The notes: generated by a model from the letters alone, not told the origin. A stretch of DNA of 29,083 nucleotides from Candidatus Thorarchaeota archaeon (GCA_046758445.1 JBHIAE010000035.1:1-29083); one strand, 5' to 3'; shown: positions 8,295-18,855, counted from the stretch's first letter. Translations and numbers: made by a program.

Positions 8295-11111
8295 TCACTC
8301 AATCACGATTGCGGGCTTGCCAGGGATTGCCTGGGCTTTCTTTGTCTGAGAGCTATCCGCTTCTGGTTCTACCTGAACTTCTACACCGAACCGGTGTTCC
8401 AATAGCACCTTGACATTCTTTAGGAACTGTAACTCCTCATCTGAAGAGCCGAATGCCTCTCCGAACTTGCCAGGATCCTTCTTAATCCTCGCCAGCAAAG
8501 TCTTCACCTGCTTACCACCTCGTTTAAAGGGCTCGTCGGCCATTAGGGAGGAGAGGATTGCGTAAGGGTCACCGGTTTCCCTCACTGCTTCGAGCGCCTT
8601 TTGGACCACGGTTGTCTTCCATGCGTCAGCCACTATCAGGTGAATATTCTTGAACGATCTCTCCTTGCCATCGCGCTGGAGGATATGGACTATGTTTCGG
8701 ATATCGTCGACAACCTGATCGAAGTAGGTCCATTGCTGTTTAATCTCGGCTTGGATGAAGTTCTCATCGAAGCTGGGCCAATTCTCCAAGGAAACAAAGC
8801 TCTTGCCGTCTGAATTCTCTCCACTGATCTCCCAGACTTCTTCTGCAAAATGGGGGACAAAGGGCGTCAAGAGTAGGATGATCTTCTTCAGGCATTCGTC
8901 AAAGATGGCCTTGTCCACGCCCAAGTCTTCGTTGTCGCTGTATGTCCGAACCTTGTCGATGAAAGAGATGATGTTGGTCAGACCGTCCCGGATTGCTAGC
9001 CTTTCGAGAGCCTCGGTCGTCTGTTTGATAGTGTAATGAAGAGCATACAGGATGGATTGATCAACCACGTGTGAATCCGTCCTCACCTTCTTGGGCGGAG
9101 TTGTGATGAGGTTCCATGTTCTCTGTAAAACACGGAAAGCGTATTCGACACCTTGGTCAGACCACTCCACTTCCTTCTCAGGGTTTGCCCCTGACAAGAT
9201 GAAGAAACGTGCTGTATCTGCTCCGAATTTCTCAATGATACTCTCAGGACTCACAGTGTTCCCAAGCGATTTCGACATCTTGACGCTCCTTATGATGTAC
9301 TTGTTGCCGCAAATCCTGCAGGTTTCGGTTTCGAGATCATAATTCTCCACAGGCAGGAATTGTACGCAGTGCTCACAGTAAGGACTTCCTTTGTTCACCA
9401 TTCCTTGGGTCAGCAAGTTCAAGAAAGGCTCATCGAAATCATGAAGACCGATGTCACGAGTGAACTTCGTCCAGAAACGTGCATAAAGAAGGTGTAGAAT
9501 TGCGTGTTCAATTCCTCCGATATACTGGTCGACAGGCCCCCAGTACATTACTGGATTCTTCCGATATGGTAGGTCGGCCGCCCGCGGGTCGCAGTATCTG
9601 AAGTAGTACCACGAGGAGTCCACGAAGGTGTCCATAGTATCTGTTTCCCTTCGAGCTGGCTCTCCGCACTTGGGGCAAGTTGTGTTCACAAAGGACTCTG
9701 AAGTTTCTAGGGGATTTCCGTGCCCTGTGAACGTAACGTCAGAGGGAAGCTTGACAGGCAGGTCCTTGAACGGGATGGGGACAACACCACATGAACTGCA
9801 ATACACGATGGGGATGGGTGTGCCCCAGTACCGCTGTCTTGAGATTAGCCAGTTGCGGAGCCGATAGTCAACGGTCGCCCTACCTTTCCCAATCTTTTCC
9901 AAGTGCTTCGAGATTGCCTGGGTTCCTGCCCGATTGTCCAACCCGTCGAATCGGTCGGAGTTTACTAGAACCCCGTCCCCCTCATAGGCTCGTGTCATCT
10001 GGTCAGCTATCAATTCAAACTCGGTTGGTTGGATGACCACGATGACAGGGAGGTCGAACTCCTGTGCAAACTCGAAGTCGCGCTGGTCATGGGCGGGTAC
10101 AGCCATCACGGCGCCACCTCCGTATTCGTAGACCACAAAGTTCCCAATGTAGACAGGAATCTCTCGCCCGTTGATAGGGTTGATTGCGTATTTACCGATG
10201 AACATCCCTTTCTTCTCTGTGTCCAGAGCAGTACGCTTGAATTCACTCACTTCAAGGACTTCTTTGAGAAACTCGCGGAAGGGTTTCTCATACTCTGTTC
10301 CCTTAACCCACGTTTCAACGAGTGGATGCTCTGGAGCAAATACGAAGAACGTGGCACCATAGAGTGTGTCTGTTCGGGTGGTGAAGACGGGTATGTCTTC
10401 GCCTGTGTCTTTGATTTCAAAGTTTATTATGGAACCTTCACTTCGCCCGATCCAGTTCCTCTGCATAATCTTGACCTTCTCGGGCCATACCAGTTCGTCC
10501 AGCTTGTAGAGCAACTCGTCTGCATATTCACGAATCCTAAGAAACCATTGTCGAAGAAACTTCTGTTCGACGATTGAATTGCACCGCCAACACTTTCCAC
10601 TAATTACCTGTTCGTTAGCCAGTACTGTGTTGCACGAATTGCACCAATTCACATAGGACTCTTCTTGGAATGCCAATCCTTGTTCGTACATCTTCAGGAA
10701 GACCCATTGATTCCAAACGTAGTAGTCGACGTCGTTGCTCTGGATCTGGCGAGACCAATCGTAGGACAATCCTAGACGCTGCTGCTGAGTCTTAATCTCG
10801 TTGATATTGTCCCACGTCCACTTCTCGGGGTGAATGCCGTGAGCAATGGCAGCATTCTCAGCAGGAAGACCAAACGCGTCGTAACCCATTGGATATAGAA
10901 CATTGTGGCCACGCATACGCTTGTATCGAGCAAATGCGTCTCCGATAGAGTAGTTGCGAAGGTGACCCATGTGGAGTGTTCTACTTGGATAGGGATACAT
11001 CTCCAAGCAGTAGTACTTTGGACGACTGGGATCCTCTCTAACCTCGAAGACCTTGGCTGCTTCCCACCTCTTCTGCCACTTGATCTCAATCTCTTGGGGC
11101 TCGTACTTCAT
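8295..11111 (-). CDS. leuS: Leucine--tRNA ligase (bacterial-type body, archaeal-type C-terminal domain)
   Basis: [32 protein letters not shown]1 FTTRTDT and [26 protein letters not shown]; tail [11 protein letters not shown]. Confidence 0.97.
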   Translation of the reverse strand: MKYEPQEIEIKWQKRWEAAKVFEVREDPSRPKYYCLEMYPYPSRTLHMGHLRNYSIGDAFARYKRMRGHNVLYPMGYDAFGLPAENAAIAHGIHPEKWTWDNINEIKTQQQRLGLSYDWSRQIQSNDVDYYVWNQWVFLKMYEQGLAFQEESYVNWCNSCNTVLANEQVISGKCWRCNSIVEQKFLRQWFLRIREYADELLYKLDELVWPEKVKIMQRNWIGRSEGSIINFEIKDTGEDIPVFTTRTDTLYGATFFVFAPEHPLVETWVKGTEYEKPFREFLKEVLEVSEFKRTALDTEKKGMFIGKYAINPINGREIPVYIGNFVVYEYGGGAVMAVPAHDQRDFEFAQEFDLPVIVVIQPTEFELIADQMTRAYEGDGVLVNSDRFDGLDNRAGTQAISKHLEKIGKGRATVDYRLRNWLISRQRYWGTPIPIVYCSSCGVVPIPFKDLPVKLPSDVTFTGHGNPLETSESFVNTTCPKCGEPARRETDTMDTFVDSSWYYFRYCDPRAADLPYRKNPVMYWGPVDQYIGGIEHAILHLLYARFWTKFTRDIGLHDFDEPFLNLLTQGMVNKGSPYCEHCVQFLPVENYDLETETCRICGNKYIIRSVKMSKSLGNTVSPESIIEKFGADTARFFILSGANPEKEVEWSDQGVEYAFRVLQRTWNLITTPPKKVRTDSHVVDQSILYALHYTIKQTTEALERLAIRDGLTNIISFIDKVRTYSDNEDLGVDKAIFDECLKKIILLLTPFVPHFAEEVWEISGENSDGKSFVSLENWPSFDENFIQAEIKQQWTYFDQVVDDIRNIVHILQRDGKERSFKNIHLIVADAWKTTVVQKALEAVRETGDPYAILSSLMADEPFKRGGKQVKTLLARIKKDPGKFGEAFGSSDEELQFLKNVKVLLEHRFGVEVQVEPEADSSQTKKAQAIPGKPAIVIE

Positions 11112-11143
11112 TCGCTAGACTCCTGACATTCTAGAAGGTTCAG

Positions 11144-11311
11144 TCATTCCATTTTATACTCGTCGCCTTCACTGAGGATAACAACTTCGGTTGAGGAGTT
11201 GCTCTCAACATTTGTATTGAGGACCTCAGGGTCAGCAGATTTGAGATGCATTGGAATTGCAACTCTCGGATTAATCATTGTTGCTCCCTTTGACGCCTCC
11301 TCGATGTCCAT
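11144..11311 (-). pseudogene. C-terminal remnant of an MBL-fold metallo-hydrolase
   Basis: (PFT)MDIEEASKGATMINPRVAIPMHLKSADPEVL...TEVVILSEGDEYKME*; matches the FTM..EA...PKVAIPMH tail of UPF0173-like hydrolases; in-frame TAG just upstream and no N-terminal HxHxDH part. Confidence 0.7.
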
Positions 11312-11360
11312 TGTGAATGGTGTAGTCTAGTGTTTATGTGTGTCATATCAACCTGCACAA

Positions 11361-11410
11361 AACAAGAAAACAGCTGACAAGAGAAGGACCGTCAAGCCCT
11401 TGCCTTCTCT
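11361..11410 (-). terminator. Hairpin plus U-rich tract
   Basis: AGAGAAGG/CCTTCTCT (11380-11410), followed on the minus strand by TGTTTTCTTGTT. Confidence 0.45.
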
Positions 11411-11472
11411 CCTAGTTCATAGAACTAATCCATTTGCAGCTCCTCGTCTACTCAAGCGCATCGCTTGTTTGT

Positions 11473-12456
11473 CTAAGACCTCTTGGCTTCTTCTTTGCGC
11501 TTCTGCCGCTCCTTTTCCAAATCACGAACCCGTTTGTTCCTCGAGTCCTCTGCTTTCTTGATTCGTTTCTCCACTTCGCGAACCCGCTTCTCGGCACTTG
11601 ACAGTTCCTTCTTCCGGCGGTTTTCTGCGTTCTTGTACTCCTTGTTAGCATCGCTGAACTCTTTCCTCGCAGGACTCAATTCACGTTCAATGCTCTCAGC
11701 ACGGGTTCGTTTGGTTTCGGCTACGGTGCGATAACGTTCAACCTCTTCGTCGAGACGGGATCGTAATTTGTCTAGCTCTAACTGCAGCTGTTGATGCTCA
11801 ATATTGAACGCGTTTATGTCGGACTCCAGCTGCCTGACCTTCTCATCCCTAGCAATGTCATCAACCTTCACAGCAACAGTCGGTGCCGGAGGAACGGGAG
11901 GAAGGTCTTCCGGCGGCGGCTCTTCAGGAGGAGCCATTGGTTCTTCGGCTTCGCCTTCAGCTTTAACCTCTGGTTCGTCGAAGGCGGGTGGTTCAGGAAT
12001 CTCCTCCTCTGACAGCTCTTCCTCCAGAGCAACTTCGGTGGTTTCCGGTTCAGCTGGTACGTCTTCAACAGCGGCACGTGCCTCCGCAGCTCTGACCTTC
12101 TCGAGGATATCCTTGACGACTTCCCTGCCCTCCTCATAGTCCAGTACCTCTGGCTCGGCGTCCTTGACGTCTTCCTCTGATTCCCATTCCTCGGCCTCTT
12201 CCAGTTCCTCATGCTCAATTATCACATCAGAAAGCGTGGACTCCTCTTCTTCCTCGACTTTAGCAGAAGCGATCGCGCTTGTAAAGAGTGGCTCAGCATC
12301 TGGAGGGGCAGTGTCTTCCTCAACTGGTTCAGGCTTTGGTTCCTCAACAGTTTCAGGTGCAGGTGGCTCTTCTTCCTTCAGGAGAGATGCTCCACAGGCT
12401 CGACAGAACTTCCGCATCACATCATTTGCCTTTCCGCACTTTGGGCACGTTTTCAA
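11473..12456 (-). CDS. Zinc-ribbon / acidic disordered linker / coiled-coil protein
   Basis: CPKCG..FCRACG; E/P-rich middle; ~125-aa heptad-rich charged C-terminus; AAGGAG before TTG. Confidence 0.85.
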   Translation of the reverse strand: MKTCPKCGKANDVMRKFCRACGASLLKEEEPPAPETVEEPKPEPVEEDTAPPDAEPLFTSAIASAKVEEEEESTLSDVIIEHEELEEAEEWESEEDVKDAEPEVLDYEEGREVVKDILEKVRAAEARAAVEDVPAEPETTEVALEEELSEEEIPEPPAFDEPEVKAEGEAEEPMAPPEEPPPEDLPPVPPAPTVAVKVDDIARDEKVRQLESDINAFNIEHQQLQLELDKLRSRLDEEVERYRTVAETKRTRAESIERELSPARKEFSDANKEYKNAENRRKKELSSAEKRVREVEKRIKKAEDSRNKRVRDLEKERQKRKEEAKRS

Positions 12457-12697
12457 GTTGGAATGTCTCCTTAGTTCGTGAGTAGTGTCTTCTCTTTGGA
12501 TTCATCCTTAGATATACATTTGGCGTATCTTCTGACTGAGAAATCCCTCTTCTATTCTGGGTTTCTTCGAGTTATTATCATGCAAATCGTGGAGCAAAGG
12601 GCACCTCCATAGGAGATCGTGTTTCTTCTCATTGAGAGATTGGACTAGTTCTTGGGCCTAGTCCGACCACAAAAATGGTGGATGGAATGCTGAGGGA

Positions 12698-12895
12698 CTA
12701 TTGTTTCAGCATTCCGACTACACTTTCCTTGCTTACTCGCATTCCGCGACCTTTGGCTACCTCCTGAAGAGGGTAGACCATGCCACAGTTCTCACACTTC
12801 ATTGCCGAGTAGATGACTCCGCCACCGGGGACCTGGACCTCATGGATGACCATCTTCCAGTCCTCAGTACCACACGATTCACAAGAAATCTTCAT
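12698..12895 (-). CDS. Small zinc-finger protein
   Basis: CESC...CENC, 65 aa. Confidence 0.75.
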   Translation of the reverse strand: MKISCESCGTEDWKMVIHEVQVPGGGVIYSAMKCENCGMVYPLQEVAKGRGMRVSKESVVGMLKQ

Positions 12896-13074
12896 GGCTT
12901 CAACTCGGAGTGGATGAAAATAAACTCTGTCACAATCAATTCAGGAATTATACTGCGGAATCACACACGATAGATCGTTGAACGTCCCTCGTTGATGCTC
13001 CTTCATGCGCTCTTTCCCGGAAGCCAACGTTGAGCCCTCAAATCCATTGTATCCTAGTTTTCTTTTTCAAGATC

Positions 13075-13479
13075 TCAATAGTGGTATTCTTCATCTGTCA
13101 CTGGTCCTAACCATTCTGCCTTCCCCTTGTGCCGATTGGTGGGTATAGCAATATGCACAAACCAGCTATCTGCAGATGCACCATGCCAGTGTTTGACATT
13201 AGGATGTATTTCTACCACATCACCTCTTTGCAATGGTTGCAACGGCTTGCCTTCTTCTTTGGAATACCCTTTACCTCCAGTAACAAGCAGAATTTGACCA
13301 CCAGGATGCCTATGCCAATCGGTTCTTGCACCTGGTGAAAGAGTCACATTATATACTCGACAATTGAAGATGTCGTCATTAGGAACCAACACTTCGACCC
13401 ATGCTGTTCCCGTAAAGTTGCCATCTGTGATTTTGCTGCCTTTGGGGAAGATTATACTTTCACTCAAGTCGCTTGACAT
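13075..13479 (-). CDS. Cupin domain protein
   Basis: VTLSPGARTDWHRHPGGQILLVTGG...KHWHGA; AGGAGG RBS. Confidence 0.92.
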   Translation of the reverse strand: MSSDLSESIIFPKGSKITDGNFTGTAWVEVLVPNDDIFNCRVYNVTLSPGARTDWHRHPGGQILLVTGGKGYSKEEGKPLQPLQRGDVVEIHPNVKHWHGASADSWFVHIAIPTNRHKGKAEWLGPVTDEEYHY

Positions 13480-13509
13480 ATTCGTTTTTGTCCTCCTGTA
13501 CTTGGTATA

Positions 13510-13679
13510 TTACTCACGAGCCATCTCAAGGATTTTCAAAGTTTCCTTTCCTTCGAGTTTGGCCAGTTCGTATGCCATCTCACCAGTTTTTTTCCTATCT
13601 TCCCAAATTCAGTCGCTCTGTGTGCTAGATATCTCAGCTTCTCTTCTTGAATGCCAGATTCTTTTAGATTCGTAGGCAA
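13510..13679 (-). pseudogene. Probable C-terminal remnant of an iron-containing alcohol dehydrogenase (frameshifted)
   Basis: LPTNLKESGIQEEKLRYLAHRATEFGKIGKK, frame change around the A7 run (13587-13593), then ...AKLEGKETLKILEMARE*. Confidence 0.5.
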
Positions 13680-13750
13680 TGTTTAGCAGTGGTTCAAGAG
13701 TTTCAATGGGTTCTCTGGCAAGCGAAGGAAACAAACTGGAAATTCGTATA

Positions 13751-13786
13751 GAAAAGAGAAGAGGAGTTGGCTCGAAACACCAACTC
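13751..13786 (-). terminator. Hairpin plus U-tract after the DUF35 gene
   Basis: GAGTTGG/CCAACTC stem followed on the minus strand by CTCTTCTCTTTTC. Confidence 0.6.
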
Positions 13787-13800
13787 TCTAGCATGTTCTT

Positions 13801-14460
13801 CTATTTCATTGACTTGACCCATTCATAGACGGGTTGACAGAGTTCCTTCATTCGCTCCTTCTCTGGATTCATCGGACCCGGTTCCCAGCCTTCTGCGGGT
13901 TCGAACCACCAATCAGTGACTGTGCCACGACGCTCCTCTTTCGGCGCCCAGACGACCTTCACTGGCATCCCGAACTCAGTGTCCCATGGATCTAGTCCCC
14001 GAAGCTCGTTTGCGATTGCAGTGTTGCAACCATCGACAACGACGTATGCTAGCACGAAAGGCAGTCGCTTGAGCGAAGACTTGCCGCTCCATCCTGCTAT
14101 GGTCCATGTGTGCACAACTCCTTCCTGCTTGAGCTGGATCCAGTCGCTCTTCTCCAGATTGCAGTCAAGGTTCCAACAGTTTACTCTTGGTGGGAAGAAC
14201 TTGTCACCACATGTTGGGCATGTCGTAGCCCAGAACTCTCCATCGATGAATCCTTTGCCCAGCCTGGAAACCTCAGCGTACTTCCAGTAGTAGAGTTGAT
14301 CATAATGCAAGAAGACCTTGAACTGCTCCTCCTTCGAGTCCCAGTCATATCCCATAAAGCCAATGCCAGTCTCCTTTACATCCCCTCGGAAGTCATTAGA
14401 GTGTTTGTCATCCCATTCAACGTGGCGTGGAATCTTGTGCAGTCTCTTGTCTTTAACCAT
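13801..14460 (-). CDS. DUF35 Zn-ribbon/OB-fold protein (thiolase partner)
   Basis: CPTCG..FFPPRVNC...C, GVVHTWT, PFVLAYV, GMPVKVVW; 2 bp downstream of the thiolase-like gene. Confidence 0.92.
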   Translation of the reverse strand: MVKDKRLHKIPRHVEWDDKHSNDFRGDVKETGIGFMGYDWDSKEEQFKVFLHYDQLYYWKYAEVSRLGKGFIDGEFWATTCPTCGDKFFPPRVNCWNLDCNLEKSDWIQLKQEGVVHTWTIAGWSGKSSLKRLPFVLAYVVVDGCNTAIANELRGLDPWDTEFGMPVKVVWAPKEERRGTVTDWWFEPAEGWEPGPMNPEKERMKELCQPVYEWVKSMK

Positions 14461-14462
14461 CT

Positions 14463-15752
14463 CTATGGCCTCCTCAGAATGAAATTCGAGATACTTGTCC
14501 CAGTGCCTGCGTGACTGTTGACAAGCCCGGTTTTTGCGTCTTTGACGTAGGTCTTAGAGCTAAGATGCTTCTTGGGTGCGCTGTCATTGAGATGGTACAT
14601 GCATTCGACTGCTGACATGATGCCAGTAGCGCCGACAGGATGTCCATATCCCATCAGGCCGCCTCCGGGATTCGTGGGGAGGTCCCCACCTCCGTCAGAC
14701 TCCAAGAAGGTTCGCTTCTCTCGTATGAACTCCTTGATGTTCTCCTTGTCACACCAGTGGAGTGCCTTGTATATTTGAACCTCCGAGCTGCTGAAGGCGT
14801 CATGAATCTCGGCGACATCGATCTCTTTGAAGGCGTTCTTGTACTCGATGCCAGCCATATCGTATGCCATCTCACCAGATTTCCGGCACGCGGCGAATTC
14901 GGTCATGTCAGGATAGCCCTTGCCGTACTGCTCGTTCCAACCGGGGAAGTCAATCCTGTCGCCGGCTCGAATCGTGCAGCTACTTAGACCGGCACCATCA
15001 ATCACGACATAGTTGCCTGGAGCGTTCTTCTTCGCCCACTCTTCGCTGGTCACAAGACAGAACGCACCTCCACGACTCATCAGACAGCAGTCCAGCCGCT
15101 TCAGCGGATAGCTTATGAGGCGACTATGCATGATGTCTTCGATTGTCAGCTCTTTCTTATGATAACGAGACTTCGGGTTACTGAAATCCGCTCTGTACCA
15201 CTGCGCCTTCTTGTTGTCGGCGGCGTAGTTTCGGTTCTTCATAGCGGCATATGCGAAGTCCTCTTCTTTGAGACCGTTCTCCTTCATGAATTTGTAGGCC
15301 ATCGCGGCGTAGTAGATTGGATAGATACCGCCAGCCAAAGCCTCGTATCGTGTATCAGATGCTAGGGCAATGAATTCAGAGCCCTGTGACTGGGTGACGT
15401 TGTCCATGGTTTCCCAGCCCGCAACACCTACTACATCGAACATACCTGACTTCACGGCCATGAAGGCGCCATACAGGGCGGAGCCTCCGGTGTTTCCTCC
15501 GTTCTCAATCCGCACGTGAGGCAGCCCGACTAATCCCAGGTGGTCGTGCACTATCCATTCGGGTGTGAGTTGCTTGCCAAAGTGGACAGAGAAGTGGGAA
15601 TATATCATAAACTCCAGATCTCTCAGAGTGAAATCCGGTACATCATGTTGTGTTTCCACGACAGCGTTGGCAATCATTCCCTCAGGGGTGATATGCATAG
15701 GATAGTCAAAAGGAGTAGCTGCTCCGCCGGCGATGCAGACTCTTCGACTCAT
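14463..15752 (-). CDS. Thiolase-fold protein (SCP2-thiolase-like) lacking the nucleophilic Cys
   Basis: LDCCLMS, EIHDAF, NPGGGL..GHPVGATG; ENGGNTGG where ENACASG is expected. Confidence 0.9.
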   Translation of the reverse strand: MSRRVCIAGGAATPFDYPMHITPEGMIANAVVETQHDVPDFTLRDLEFMIYSHFSVHFGKQLTPEWIVHDHLGLVGLPHVRIENGGNTGGSALYGAFMAVKSGMFDVVGVAGWETMDNVTQSQGSEFIALASDTRYEALAGGIYPIYYAAMAYKFMKENGLKEEDFAYAAMKNRNYAADNKKAQWYRADFSNPKSRYHKKELTIEDIMHSRLISYPLKRLDCCLMSRGGAFCLVTSEEWAKKNAPGNYVVIDGAGLSSCTIRAGDRIDFPGWNEQYGKGYPDMTEFAACRKSGEMAYDMAGIEYKNAFKEIDVAEIHDAFSSSEVQIYKALHWCDKENIKEFIREKRTFLESDGGGDLPTNPGGGLMGYGHPVGATGIMSAVECMYHLNDSAPKKHLSSKTYVKDAKTGLVNSHAGTGTSISNFILRRP

Positions 15753-15777
15753 TTTGAATCACTAAATCCTCGTTCTC

Positions 15778-16112
15778 TCACCTATTATGGTGGTTGATTT
15801 CTAAGGCAACCCGGCTTTTACTGCTACTTAACAGCTTCGGCCTATACAGGAAAAGGCCAGTTCCAAGATGCCATCTTGAAAAGTCCCTTATGTACCATCG
15901 TCCAATGCTTCCGGTGCCTATGCCCCCAATGGGAATACCTTGATTATACCCATCGTCAGTTGGCTTTGATGGCAGAATTGTTCATCAATTGTTCATCTGG
16001 GCCAGACCATGCTTGGTTCGAGTCCCAGAGGATAGCTTCTGGGCCTTCCAGGTTTGAGTGGACCCTCATTCAGTTGAATGGTCCATGCACAATCAGGTAT
16101 CTGGAAGGTCAT
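15778..16112 (-). pseudogene. N-terminal remnant of a GH116 glucosylceramidase/beta-glucosidase
   Basis: MTFQIPDCAWTI...PGRP, then TGA and an 11-bp tandem duplication (15976-15997), then DDGYNQGIPIGGIGTGSIGRWYIRDFSRWHL, the GH116 N-terminal signature. Confidence 0.75.
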
Positions 16113-16265
16113 TGCGATGTTTCCGGCAATGGGAGCTACTCTAACAGCGTGAACAACCTACAGTGTAGCACAAAAACCGATTAAGAGCTTTGCATGTCTG
16201 GAAACTCAGGATTCAAAGTAGGGGGACGCTAACACAGACTTCATTGGTTTCGACTCTGACACTCG

Positions 16266-17027
16266 CTAGACTGTTGTGAGAACCAAGAGTAGTGTGACCA
16301 GACCAATAGCCAAGGTAGAAAGAGCAACGATTCTCCTGACGAGGTTCTGTTCTAGCTTGGCAGTCGTGAGAGCAGAGAGAGGAGCTGCAACAAGTGCGCC
16401 AATGGTCATGGCAAGAGTAAGCAGCAGTGCAGGGGTTACAGATAGGACAAAATAGATTATGATTCCTAATGCGCAGATGACTCCTTCGACTAGGGCAGTA
16501 ATAGCAATTGCGGCTCTTGGACGAATCCCACTGACAATCTGTCCGGATGTTGCAACAGGTCCATACCCTCCTCCTGAGATTCCCTTGTTGAAAGCCGCGA
16601 AGACCCCTATTACTCCTAGACGCGACCGCGAGTACCTTGAATCTTGCCTGACATCTGCAAGGATCAATAGGCCCATAGACATCACAGTGATGGCGATGTA
16701 TGCCTTCACAAAGTGAGCTGGCAAGTTTATGTTGGCAAGGACGGCCATCACAGCTCCACCGACACCCATGATGGAAAAGATCAATGCAGCCTCCCTTTCG
16801 TCTTCATGTTCGGCAAGGTTCATGTTGCGGAATCTGTGGTGGAAAGCAGCTGAAGTGAATCCCGCAAGGAATTGACTGAATAATATGGCAGGAACAAAGA
16901 CTATTGGCTCATATCCCATTATGATTAGAATGGGTGCAAGAGTTGTACCGTATCCCATTCCCACTGTGGCTGCAACGTACTCAGCGATGAAAGCCAGTAT
17001 GACAACGGGAATGAGGATATCCGACAT
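16266..17027 (-). CDS. Sulfite exporter TauE/SafE family protein
   Basis: GMGYGTTLAP, KGISGGGYGP, multiple TM helices. Confidence 0.9.
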   Translation of the reverse strand: MSDILIPVVILAFIAEYVAATVGMGYGTTLAPILIIMGYEPIVFVPAILFSQFLAGFTSAAFHHRFRNMNLAEHEDEREAALIFSIMGVGGAVMAVLANINLPAHFVKAYIAITVMSMGLLILADVRQDSRYSRSRLGVIGVFAAFNKGISGGGYGPVATSGQIVSGIRPRAAIAITALVEGVICALGIIIYFVLSVTPALLLTLAMTIGALVAAPLSALTTAKLEQNLVRRIVALSTLAIGLVTLLLVLTTV

Positions 17028-17144
17028 ACGCCAACGTCAACTCGTCTTAAGGAATCACATCAATCCGCAGGCATAGAGAGTTGATAAAAGCATTCTGACA
17101 GGCTCTGGATTCCATGATTCTTCCTCGTATGCCCAAACTATCCA

Positions 17145-18023
17145 TTATCTGAACGATGAAACTACGTCATTAGCAAATTGACCCAAGAACTCGATACTCT
17201 CTCCTTCCCGTGGCAGGGAAACCAAGTAGTACTCATGACCCGAATCCTTTGCCGTTTCAACAGCCTTGATGAACTCATTTGTGTCAGTGATTTTCCCACC
17301 CATCATAGAACCAGCCATGAAGCCAATCTTGTCAGTGCGATCCGCTTTCTCCGCAGCCTTCAACACTTTCTCTCTTGCCGCCTCAATATCAGCCGGGCCA
17401 CCTCCCCGTTGCCATGGAGGTATGAAGATGATGTCACCGTAGGTGCCTGCGAGTGTCAACATCCTATCACCCGTGCTTCCAAACAGAAGCCTCGGATAGG
17501 GCTTCTGCACAGGTTTCGGCTCCAATACTGCCCCCTTCGCCCTATAGAAGTCGCCTTCAAAGTCTACCTTATCTTTGGTCCAAAGCTCGAGCATCAGACT
17601 AAGACCTTCGATTGTCTTATTCACCCTTCTTTTCGACCTGTTCCACTCACTGTATCCTTCGAACTCCACTTGCGACCATCCGGCACCTACTCCTGCTATC
17701 ACTCGCCCGTTTGACAGGACGTCAAGAGTTGAGATCATCTTGGCGAGTAGTCCAGGAGGGCGAAAGGGGATTGGAGTGACCATTGTACCGAGATGGATTT
17801 GCTCGGTCTTTCCTGCCAAATACGCCAGAGTGATCCAAGTTTCCATTGTCGAGTTACTATCCGGACGCATCATCATCCCACCCATTTCCCCCCACATATA
17901 ATGGTCAGGCATCAGGGCCCCATTAAAGCCAAGTTCGTCGGCCTTAAGGACAGCTTTCTCAACATTTCCATAATCGTTGTACCAATTGCCAAGTCCACCT
18001 AGAAAGAATCTCAATTGAACCAC
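17145..18023 (-). CDS. LLM-class (probably F420-dependent) oxidoreductase
   Basis: PDHY, GTMVTPIPFRPPGLLAK..STLDVLSNGR...GAGW, PKPVQKPYP; GTG 18023 after GGAGG. Confidence 0.92.
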   Translation of the reverse strand: MVQLRFFLGGLGNWYNDYGNVEKAVLKADELGFNGALMPDHYMWGEMGGMMMRPDSNSTMETWITLAYLAGKTEQIHLGTMVTPIPFRPPGLLAKMISTLDVLSNGRVIAGVGAGWSQVEFEGYSEWNRSKRRVNKTIEGLSLMLELWTKDKVDFEGDFYRAKGAVLEPKPVQKPYPRLLFGSTGDRMLTLAGTYGDIIFIPPWQRGGGPADIEAAREKVLKAAEKADRTDKIGFMAGSMMGGKITDTNEFIKAVETAKDSGHEYYLVSLPREGESIEFLGQFANDVVSSFR

Positions 18024-18238
18024 ATTCCTCCTGGAGTGATTCCCCACTCATAAGTCATGACATCAGTAACTATCCTCAAAAGCATCCTAGAAGGGTGAGA
18101 AGATTGCGGAAGGGGCAAGTGACCAAACGAGAGAGTTGCAGTGCGGCAGCGCTACCGCACCACAGATATCGTGCCTATGGCATCGTACGGATATCACATG
18201 TCCAAGTCGACTATATGATGTCAAGGAGCCACAATCAT

Positions 18239-18793
18239 ATGGAGTTCAGATTCTGCGTTCAGATTCTGATTGCCGAATTTGATTCGACGGATATTGAGAT
18301 CCTGAAGCAACTGACAATTGATGGCACTCTCACTCAAAGGAAACTAGCTCAGATTCTCTCCGTCCCAAAGATGCAAATCAACAGGCGAATCAGGCGTCTG
18401 GAATCTGAGGGCATTATCAAGGACTACAAATTGGTGTTCAGCCCTCACGCAGACGTGCTTTTCATAGCATGTTTCATTGAGATTGATGACCTAGTAGATG
18501 GTGTACTCTCTTCCATCTATCAGATACCGCATCCCGCCTACATCATGATGGAGTCAAGTAAACGATACTGCATCCGACTTGATTTGACGTTGAAGGACTA
18601 CAAGGGGTTTCTGCTTGGATTTGACAGCCTGAGGTCACATCTCTCATCATATTCTATACAGGTCATACACAGGCCACAGCATACATCAACGGTTCATCCT
18701 TTCAACCTCTTCAACAGAGCAACTAAGACTTGGGACACCCCATTGGCCGAATATCTCAGAAGACGTGAGTTTCTCTCAATGCAGAACCAATGA
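18239..18793 (+). CDS. Lrp/AsnC-like winged-helix regulator, possibly 5'-truncated
   Basis: FDSTDIEILKQL..DG...QRKLAQIL...INRRIRRLESEGIIKDY; AAGGAG before ATG 18239; divergent from the LLM gene. Confidence 0.7.
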   Translation: MEFRFCVQILIAEFDSTDIEILKQLTIDGTLTQRKLAQILSVPKMQINRRIRRLESEGIIKDYKLVFSPHADVLFIACFIEIDDLVDGVLSSIYQIPHPAYIMMESSKRYCIRLDLTLKDYKGFLLGFDSLRSHLSSYSIQVIHRPQHTSTVHPFNLFNRATKTWDTPLAEYLRRREFLSMQNQ

Positions 18794-18855
18794 TGAAGAC
18801 TGTGCCATGCTCCTTAAATCCGATAACTCTCCTCACTGTAGGACGGTGAGGCAGA

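Noticed and set aside
8601-12485. Numerous + strand ORFs (e.g. 10029..10577, 11804..12139)
   Set aside because: Antisense shadows of leuS and the acidic protein, with no independent motifs
15976-16000. TGA in the GH116 stub as selenocysteine
   Set aside because: Non-catalytic position, accompanied by a frameshift and truncation; no convincing SECIS seen
15876-16184. 102-aa + strand ORF
   Set aside because: Antisense to the GH116 remnant
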